Assembly (NCBI GenBank): GCA_030390025.1
Contig: CM059433.1
Location: 29,452,001-29,516,000 of the forward strand
Origin: Squalus acanthias
Lineage: Eukaryota
Direction of reading: 5' to 3'
Length of the DNA stretch: 64,000 nt
The number at the start of each line of letters is the position of its first letter. Within the stretch, counting starts at the first letter, position 1. Under the pieces are notes generated by a model. It ran no database searches and was not told where the DNA came from. It saw only the letters and a program-made list of their open reading frames with translations. Position numbers and translations under genes: made by a program. Positions 55,001 through 64,000 of this stretch are shown here, piece after piece.

Positions 55001-58000
55001 CTCTCGCTCCTCTCACTCCTCTCGCTCCTCTCGCTCCTCTCACTCCTCTCGCTCCTCCTCTCGCTCCTCTCGCTCCTCCTCTCGCTCCACTCACTCCTCT
55101 CACTCCTCTCACTCCTCTCGCTCCTCTCACTCCTCTCGCTCCTCTCGCTCCTCTCGCTCCTCTCACTCCTCTCCCTCCTCTCGCTCCTCTCGCTCCTCTC
55201 GCTCCTCCTCTCACTCCTCTCGCTCCTCCTCTCACTCCTCTCGCTCCTCCTCTCGCTCCTCTCGCTCCTCTCACTCCTCTCGCTCCTCATCTCGCTCCTC
55301 TCGCTCCTCTCGCTCCTCTCACTCCTCTCGCTCCTCTCGGTCCTCTCACTCCTCTCGCTCCTCTCGCTCCTCTCGCTCCTCTCACTCCTCTCGCTCCTCT
55401 CGGTCCTCTCGGTCCTCTCACTCCTCTCGCTCCTCTCGCTCCTCTCGCTCCTCTCACTCCTCCTCTCGCTCCTCTCACTCCTCTCGCTCCTCTCGCTCCT
55501 CTCGCTCCTCTCACTCCTCTCGCTCCTCTCGCTCCTCTCACTCCTCTCGCTCCTCCTCTCGCTCCTCTCGCTCCTCCTCTCGCTCCTCTCGCTCCTCTCG
55601 CTCCTCTCACTCCTCCTCTCGCTCCTCTCACTCCTCTCGCTCCTCTCGCTCCTCTCGCTCCTCTCACTCCTCTCGCTCCTCTCGCTCCTCTCACTCCTCT
55701 CGCTCCTCCTCTCGCTCCTCTCACTCCTCCTCTCGCTCCTCTCGCTCCTCTCACTCCTCTCGCTCCTCCTCTCGCTCCTCTCACTCCTCCTCTCGCTCCT
55801 CTCGCTCCTCTCACTCCTCTCGCTCCTCCTCTCGCTCCTCTCACTCCTCCTCTCGCTCCTCTCGCTCCTCTCACTCCTCTCGCTCCTCCTCTCGCTCCTC
55901 TCGCTCCTCCTCTCGCTCCTCTCACTCCTCTCGCTCCTCCTCTCGCTCCTCTCGCTCCTCCTCTCGCTCCACTCACTCCTCTCACTCCTCTCGCTCCTCT
56001 CACTCCTCTCGCTCCTCTCACTCCTCTCACTCCACTCGCTCCTCCTCTCGCTCCTCTCGCTCCTCCTCTCGCTCCTCTCGCTCCTCTCACTCCTCTCGCT
56101 CCTCCTCTCGCTCCTCTCGCTCCTCTCGCTCCTCCTCTCGCTCCTCTCACTCCTCTCGCTCCTCTCACTCCTCTCACTCCTCTCGCTCCTCTCACTCCTC
56201 TCGCTCCTCTCGCTCCTCTCGCTCCTCCTCTCACTCCTCTCACTCCTCTCGCTCCTCTCGCTCCTCTCGCTCTTCTCGCTCCTCTCGCTCCTCTCACTCC
56301 TCTCACTCCTCTCGCTCCTCTCACTCCTCTCTCTCCTCTCGCTCCTCTCACTCCTCTCGCTCCTCTCACTCCTCTCACTCCTCTCGCTCCTCTCGCTACT
56401 CCTCTCACTCCTCTCGCTCCTCTCCCGCTCCTCTCACTCCTCTCGCTCCTCTCGCTCCTCTCCCGCTCCTCTCACTCCTCTCGCTCCTCCTCTCGCTCCT
56501 CTCGCTCCTCCTCTCGCTCCACTCACTTCTCTCACTCCTCCTCTCACTCCTCTCACTCCACTCGCTCCTCCTCTCGCTCCTCTCGCTCCTCCTCTCGCTC
56601 CTCTCGCTCCTCTCACTCCTCTCGCTCCTCCTCTCGCTCCTCTCGCTCCTCTCGCTCCTCCTCTCGCTCCTCTCACTCCTCTCGCTCCTCTCACTCCTCT
56701 CGCTCCTCTCGCTCCTCTCGCTCCTCTCGCTCCTCTCGCTCCTCTCGCTCCTCCTCTCGCTCCTCTCGCTCCTCTCACTCCTCTCGCTCCTCCTCTCGCT
56801 CCTCTCGCTCCTCTCGCTCCTCCTCTCGCTCCTCTCACTCCTCTCGCTCCTCTCACTCCTCTCACTCCTCTCACTCCTCTCACTCCTCTCACTCCTCTCA
56901 CTCCTCTCGCTCCTCTCGCTCCTCTCGCTCCTCTCGCTCTTCTCGCTCCTCTCGCTCCTCTCACTCCTCTCACTCTTCTCGCTCCTCCTCTCGCTCCTCT
57001 CACTGCTCCTCTCACTCCTCTCGCTCCTCTCACTCCTCTCACTCCTCTCGCTCCTCTCACTCCTCTCTCTCCTCTCGCTCCTCTCACTCCTCTCGCTCCT
57101 CTCGCTCCTCTCGCTCCTCCTCTCACTCCTCTCACTCCTCTCGCTCCTCTCACTCCTCTCTCTCCTCTCACTCCTCTCACTCCTCTCGCTCCTCTCGCTC
57201 CTCTCGCTCTTCTCGCTCCTCTCGCTCCTCTCGCTCCTCTCACTCCTCTCGCTCCTCTCGCTCCTCTCACTCCTCTCGCTCCTCCTCTCACTCCTCTCGC
57301 TCCTCCTCTCGCTCCTCTCGCTCCTCTCACTCCTCCTCTCGCTCCTCTCACTCCTCTCACTCCTCTCGCTCCTCTCGCTCCTCTCACTCCTCTCGCTCCT
57401 CTCGCTCCTCCTCTCGCTCTTCTCACTCCTCTCCCGCTCCTCTCACTCCTCTCGCTCCTCTCGCTCCTCTCCCGCTCCTCTCGCTCCTCTCGCTGCTCCT
57501 CTCACTCCTCTCGCTCCTCTCCCGCTCCTCTCACTCCTCTCGCTCCTCTCGCTCCTCTCCCGCACCTCTCGCTCCTCTCGCTCCTCTCCCGCTCCTCTCA
57601 CTCCTCTCGCTCCTCTCACTCCTCTCGCTCCTCCTCTCGCTCCTCTCGCTCCTCTCCCGCTCCTCTCACTCCTCTCGCTCCTCCTCTCACTCCTCTCGCT
57701 CCTCTCACTCCTCTCGCTCCTCTCGCTCCTCTCACTCCTCTCGCTCCTCTCACTCCTCTCGCTCCTCTCGCTCCTCTCACTCCTCTCGCTCCTCTCGCTC
57801 CTCTCACTCCTCTCGCTCCTCCTCTCACTCCTCTCGCTCCTCCTCTCGCTCCTCTCGCTCCTCTCACTCCTCCTCTCGCTCCTCTCACTCCTCTCACTCC
57901 TCTCGCTCCTCTCGCTCCTCTCACTCCTCTCGCTCCTCTCGCTCCTCCTCTCGCTCTTCTCACTCCTCTCCCGCTCCTCTCACTCCTCTCGCTCCTCTCG

Positions 58001-61000
58001 CTCCTCTCCCGCTCCTCTCGCTCCTCTCGCTCCTCCTCTCACTCCTCTCGCTCCTCTCCCGCTCCTCTCACTCCTCTCGCTCCTCTCGCTCCTCTCCCGC
58101 ACCTCTCGCTCCTCTCGCTCCTCTCCCGCACCTCTCGCTCCTCTCGCTCCTCTCGCTCCTCTCGCTCCTCTCGCTCCTCTCACTCCTCTCGCTCCTCTCG
58201 CTCCTCTCACTCCTCTCGCTCCTCCTCTCACTCCTCTCGCTCCTCTCACTCCTCTCGCTCCTCTCGCTCCTCTCGCTCCTCTCACTCCTCTCCCTCCTCT
58301 CGCTCCTCTCGCTCCTCTCGCTCCTCCTCTCACTCCTCTCGCTCCTCCTCTCACTCCTCTCGCTCCTCCTCTCGCTCCTCTCGCTCCTCTCACTCCTCTC
58401 GCTCCTCATCTCGCTCCTCTCGCTCCTCTCGCTCCTCTCACTCCTCTCGCTCCTCTCGGTCCTCTCACTCCTCTCGCTCCTCTCGCTCCTCTCGCTCCTC
58501 TCACTCCTCTCGCTCCTCTCGGTCCTCTCGGTCCTCTCACTCCTCTCGCTCCTCTCGCTCCTCTCGCTCCTCTCACTCCTCCTCTCGCTCCTCTCACTCC
58601 TCTCGCTCCTCTCGCTCCTCTCGCTCCTCTCACTCCTCTCGCTCCTCTCGCTCCTCTCACTCCTCTCGCTCCTCCTCTCGCTCCTCTCGCTCCTCCTCTC
58701 GCTCCACTCACTCCTCTCACTCCTCTCACTCCTCTCGCTCCTCTCACTCCTCTCGCTCCTCTCGCTCCTCTCGCTCCTCTCACTCCTCTCCCTCCTCTCG
58801 CTCCTCTCGCTCCTCTCGCTCCTCCTCTCACTCCTCTCGCTCCTCCTCTCACTCCTCTCGCTCCTCCTCTCGCTCCTCTCGCTCCTCTCACTCCTCTCGC
58901 TCCTCATCTCGCTCCTCTCGCTCCTCTCGCTCCTCTCACTCCTCTCGCTCCTCTCGGTCCTCTCACTCCTCTCGCTCCTCTCGCTCCTCTCGCTCCTCTC
59001 ACTCCTCTCGCTCCTCTCGGTCCTCTCGGTCCTCTCACTCCTCTCGCTCCTCTCGCTCCTCTCGCTCCTCTCACTCCTCCTCTCGCTCCTCTCACTCCTC
59101 TCGCTCCTCTCGCTCCTCTCGCTCCTCTCACTCCTCTCGCTCCTCTCGCTCCTCTCACTCCTCTCGCTCCTCCTCTCGCTCCTCTCGCTCCTCCTCTCGC
59201 TCCTCTCGCTCCTCTCGCTCCTCTCACTCCTCCTCTCGCTCCTCTCACTCCTCTCGCTCCTCTCGCTCCTCTCGCTCCTCTCACTCCTCTCGCTCCTCTC
59301 GCTCCTCTCACTCCTCTCGCTCCTCCTCTCGCTCCTCTCACTCCTCCTCTCGCTCCTCTCGCTCCTCTCACTCCTCTCGCTCCTCCTCTCGCTCCTCTCG
59401 CTCCTCCTCTCGCTCCTCTCACTCCTCTCGCTCCTCCTCTCGCTCCTCTCGCTCCTCCTCTCGCTCCACTCACTCCTCTCACTCCTCTCGCTCCTCTCAC
59501 TCCTCTCGCTCCTCTCACTCCTCTCACTCCACTCGCTCCTCCTCTCGCTCCTCTCGCTCCTCCTCTCGCTCCTCTCGCTCCTCTCACTCCTCTCGCTCCT
59601 CCTCTCGCTCCTCTCGCTCCTCTCGCTCCTCCTCTCGCTCCTCTCACTCCTCTCGCTCCTCTCACTCCTCTCACTCCTCTCGCTCCTCTCACTCCTCTCG
59701 CTCCTCTCGCTCCTCTCGCTCCTCCTCTCACTCCTCTCACTCCTCTCGCTCCTCTCGCTCCTCTCGCTCTTCTCGCTCCTCTCGCTCCTCTCACTCCTCT
59801 CACTCCTCTCGCTCCTCTCACTCCTCTCTCTCCTCTCGCTCCTCTCACTCCTCTCGCTCCTCTCACTCCTCTCACTCCTCTCGCTCCTCTCGCTACTCCT
59901 CTCACTCCTCTCGCTCCTCTCCCGCTCCTCTCACTCCTCTCGCTCCTCTCGCTCCTCTCCCGCTCCTCTCACTCCTCTCGCTCCTCCTCTCGCTCCTCTC
60001 GCTCCTCCTCTCGCTCCACTCACTCCTCTCACTCCTCCTCTCACTCCTCTCACTCCACTCGCTCCTCCTCTCGCTCCTCTCGCTCCTCCTCTCGCTCCTC
60101 TCGCTCCTCTCACTCCTCTCGCTCCTCCTCTCGCTCCTCTCGCTCCTCTCGCTCCTCCTCTCGCTCCTCTCACTCCTCTCGCTCCTCTCACTCCTCTCGC
60201 TCCTCTCGCTCCTCTCGCTCCTCTCGCTCCTCTCGCTCCTCTCGCTCCTCCTCTCGCTCCTCTCGCTCCTCTCACTCCTCTCGCTCCTCCTCTCGCTCCT
60301 CTCGCTCCTCTCGCTCCTCCTCTCGCTCCTCTCACTCCTCTCGCTCCTCTCACTCCTCTCACTCCTCTCACTCCTCTCACTCCTCTCACTCCTCTCGCTC
60401 CTCTCGCTCCTCTCGCTCTTCTCGCTCCTCTCGCTCCTCTCACTCCTCTCACTCTTCTCGCTCCTCCTCTCGCTCCTCTCACTGCTCCTCTCACTCCTCT
60501 CGCTCCTCTCACTCCTCTCACTCCTCTCGCTCCTCTCACTCCTCTCTCTCCTCTCGCTCCTCTCACTCCTCTCGCTCCTCTCGCTCCTCTCGCTCCTCCT
60601 CTCACTCCTCTCACTCCTCTCGCTCCTCTCACTCCTCTCTCTCCTCTCACTCCTCTCACTCCTCTCGCTCCTCTCGCTCCTCTCGCTCTTCTCGCTCCTC
60701 TCGCTCCTCTCACTCCTCTCACTCTTCTCGCTCCTCCTCTCGCTCCTCTCACTGCTCCTCTCACTCCTCTCACTCCTCTCGCTCCTCTCACTCCTCTCAC
60801 TCCTCTCGCTCCTCTCACTCCTCTCTCTCCTCTCGCTCCTCTCACTCCTCTCGCTCCTCTCGCTCCTCTCGCTCCTCCTCTCACTCCTCTCACTCCTCTC
60901 GCTCCTCTCACTCCTCTCTCTCCTCTCACTCCTCTCACTCCTCTCACTCCTCTCGCTCCTCTCACTCCTCTCTCTCCTCTCGCTCCTCTCACTCCTCTCA

Positions 61001-64000
61001 CTCCTCTCGCTCCTCTCACTCCTCTCTCTCCTCTCGCTCCTCTCACTCCTCTCGCTCCTCTCACTCCTCTCGCTCCTCTCACTCCTCTCGCTCCTCCTCT
61101 CACTCCTCTCGCTCCTCTCACTCCTCTCGCTCCTCTCGCTCCTCTCGCTCCTCTCACTCCTCTCCCTCCTCTCGCTCCTCTCGCTCCTCTCGCTCCTCCT
61201 CTCACTCCTCTCGCTCCTCCTCTCACTCCTCTCGCTCCTCCTCTCGCTCCTCTCGCTCCTCTCACTCCTCTCGCTCCTCATCTCGCTCCTCTCGCTCCTC
61301 TCGCTCCTCTCACTCCTCTCGCTCCTCTCGGTCCTCTCACTCCTCTCGCTCCTCTCGCTCCTCTCGCTCCTCTCACTCCTCTCGCTCCTCTCGGTCCTCT
61401 CGGTCCTCTCACTCCTCTCGCTCCTCTCGCTCCTCTCGCTCCTCTCACTCCTCCTCTCGCTCCTCTCACTCCTCTCGCTCCTCTCGCTCCTCTCGCTCCT
61501 CTCACTCCTCTCGCTCCTCTCGCTCCTCTCACTCCTCTCGCTCCTCCTCTCGCTCCTCTCGCTCCTCCTCTCGCTCCACTCACTCCTCTCACTCCTCTCA
61601 CTCCTCTCGCTCCTCTCACTCCTCTCGCTCCTCTCGCTCCTCTCGCTCCTCTCACTCCTCTCCCTCCTCTCGCTCCTCTCGCTCCTCTCGCTCCTCCTCT
61701 CACTCCTCTCGCTCCTCCTCTCACTCCTCTCGCTCCTCCTCTCGCTCCTCTCGCTCCTCTCACTCCTCTCGCTCCTCATCTCGCTCCTCTCGCTCCTCTC
61801 GCTCCTCTCACTCCTCTCGCTCCTCTCGGTCCTCTCACTCCTCTCGCTCCTCTCGCTCCTCTCGCTCCTCTCACTCCTCTCGCTCCTCTCGGTCCTCTCG
61901 GTCCTCTCACTCCTCTCGCTCCTCTCGCTCCTCTCGCTCCTCTCACTCCTCCTCTCGCTCCTCTCACTCCTCTCGCTCCTCTCGCTCCTCTCGCTCCTCT
62001 CACTCCTCTCGCTCCTCTCGCTCCTCTCACTCCTCTCGCTCCTCCTCTCGCTCCTCTCGCTCCTCCTCTCGCTCCTCTCGCTCCTCTCGCTCCTCTCACT
62101 CCTCCTCTCGCTCCTCTCACTCCTCTCGCTCCTCTCGCTCCTCTCGCTCCTCTCACTCCTCTCGCTCCTCTCGCTCCTCTCACTCCTCTCGCTCCTCCTC
62201 TCGCTCCTCTCGCTCCTCCTCTCGCTCCTCTCGCTCCTCTCACTCCTCTCGCTCCTCCTCTCGATCCTCTCGCTCCTCCTCTCGCTCCTCTCACTCCTCT
62301 CGCTCCTCCTCTCGCTCCTCTCGCTCCTCCTCTCGCTCCACTCACTCCTCTCACTCCTCTCGCTCCTCTCACTCCTCTCGCTCCTCTCACTCCTCTCACT
62401 CCACTCGCTCCTCCTCTCGCTCCTCTCGCTCCTCCTCTCGCTCCTCTCGCTCCTCTCACTCCTCTCGCTCCTCCTCTCGCTCCTCTCGCTCCTCTCGCTC
62501 CTCCTCTCGCTCCTCTCACTCCTCTCGCTCCTCTCACTCCTCTCACTCCTCTCGCTCCTCTCACTCCTCTCGCTCCTCTCGCTCCTCTCGCTCCTCTCGC
62601 TCCTCTCGCTCCTCCTCTCACTCCTCTCACTCCTCTCGCTCCTCTCGCTCCTCTCGCTCCTCTCGCTCCTCTCGCTCCTCTCACTCCTCTCACTCCTCTC
62701 GCTCCTCTCACTCCTCTCTCTCCTCTCGCTCCTCTCACTCCTCTCGCTCCTCTCACTCCTCTCACTCCTCTCGCTCCTCTCGCTACTCCTCTCACTCCTC
62801 TCGCTCCTCTCCCGCTCCTCTCACTCCTCTCGCTCCTCTCGCTCCTCTCCCGCTCCTCTCACTCCTCTCGCTCCTCCTCTCGCTCCTCTCGCTCCTCCTC
62901 TCGCTCCACTCACTCCTCTCACTCCTCCTCTCACTCCTCTCACTCCACTCGCTCCTCCTCTCGCTCCTCTCGCTCCTCCTCTCGCTCCTCTCGCTCCTCT
63001 CACTCCTCTCGCTCCTCCTCTCGCTCCTCTCGCTCCTCTCGCTCCTCCTCTCGCTCCTCTCACTCCTCTCGCTCCTCTCATTCCTCTCGCTCCTCTCGCT
63101 CCTCTCGCTCCTCTCGCTCCTCTCGCTCCTCTCGCTCCTCCTCTCGCTCCTCTCGCTCCTCTCACTCCTCTCGCTCCTCCTCTCGCTCCTCTCGCTCCTC
63201 TCGCTCCTCCTCTCGCTCCTCTCACTCCTCTCGCTCCTCTCACTCCTCTCACTCCTCTCACTCCTCTCACTCCTCTCACTCCTCTCGCTCCTCTCGCTCC
63301 TCTCGCTCTTCTCGCTCCTCTCGCTCCTCTCACTCCTCTCACTCTTCTCGCTCCTCCTCTCGCTCCTCTCACTGCTCCTCTCACTCCTCTCGCTCCTCTC
63401 ACTCCTCTCACTCCTCTCGCTCCTCTCACTCCTCTCTCTCCTCTCGCTCCTCTCACTCCTCTCGCTCCTCTCGCTCCTCTCGCTCCTCCTCTCACTCCTC
63501 TCACTCCTCTCGCTCCTCTCACTCCTCTCTCTCCTCTCACTCCTCTCACTCCTCTCGCTCCTCTCGCTCCTCTCGCTCTTCTCGCTCCTCTCGCTCCTCT
63601 CACTCCTCTCACTCTTCTCGCTCCTCCTCTCGCTCCTCTCACTGCTCCTCTCACTCCTCTCACTCCTCTCGCTCCTCTCACTCCTCTCACTCCTCTCGCT
63701 CCTCTCACTCCTCTCTCTCCTCTCGCTCCTCTCACTCCTCTCGCTCCTCTCGCTCCTCTCGCTCCTCCTCTCACTCCTCTCACTCCTCTCGCTCCTCTCA
63801 CTCCTCTCTCTCCTCTCACTCCTCTCACTCCTCTCACTCCTCTCGCTCCTCTCACTCCTCTCTCTCCTCTCGCTCCTCTCACTCCTCTCGCTCCTCTCGC
63901 TCCTCTCGCTCCTCTCGCTCTTCTCGCTCCTCTCGCTCCTCTCACTCCTCTCACTCTTCTCGCTCCTCCTCTCGCTCCTCTCACTGCTCCTCTCACTCCT
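52070..64000. repeat. >=12-kb polypyrimidine/polypurine satellite, 9-bp unit TCCTCTCGC/TCCTCTCAC with 11- and 12-bp variants; runs off the window
   Basis: Directly visible. Rare variant units recur at ~0.5-kb and ~2.9-3.6-kb periods. Confidence 0.99.

Noticed and set aside
52005..63996. RGG/GAR-domain or SR-like protein genes
   Set aside because: The ORFs arise purely from a 9-bp repeat, mostly with non-ATG starts, and have no unique domain or splice structure.

Overview
Non-genic, repeat-saturated vertebrate DNA, most likely from a cartilaginous fish (inferred from a Deu-domain SINE and the CR1/L2/Harbinger families present). No intact host gene is supported. About two thirds of the window is two very large tandem arrays. 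The first (~3561-33908, ~30 kb) is an AT-rich 19/21-bp satellite, ACCTATAAATGTATCTC(AC/TC/ACTC/ACTG), built of alternating 19-mer and 21-mer domains with fixed junction markers and kb-scale duplications. The second (52070 to the window end, >=12 kb) is a 9-bp polypyrimidine satellite, (TCCTCTCGC/TCCTCTCAC)n, that starts at the 5' UTR of a near full-length CR1 LINE. The rest is a nested mosaic of CR1 and L2 LINE fragments, a SINE, a hAT-type MITE and several PIF/Harbinger derivatives. One Harbinger keeps a three-exon Myb/SANT gene while its transposase has lost its catalytic core. A head-to-head CR1 junction at ~47460 fits a twin-priming 5' inversion. Two weak candidate host exons are noted.
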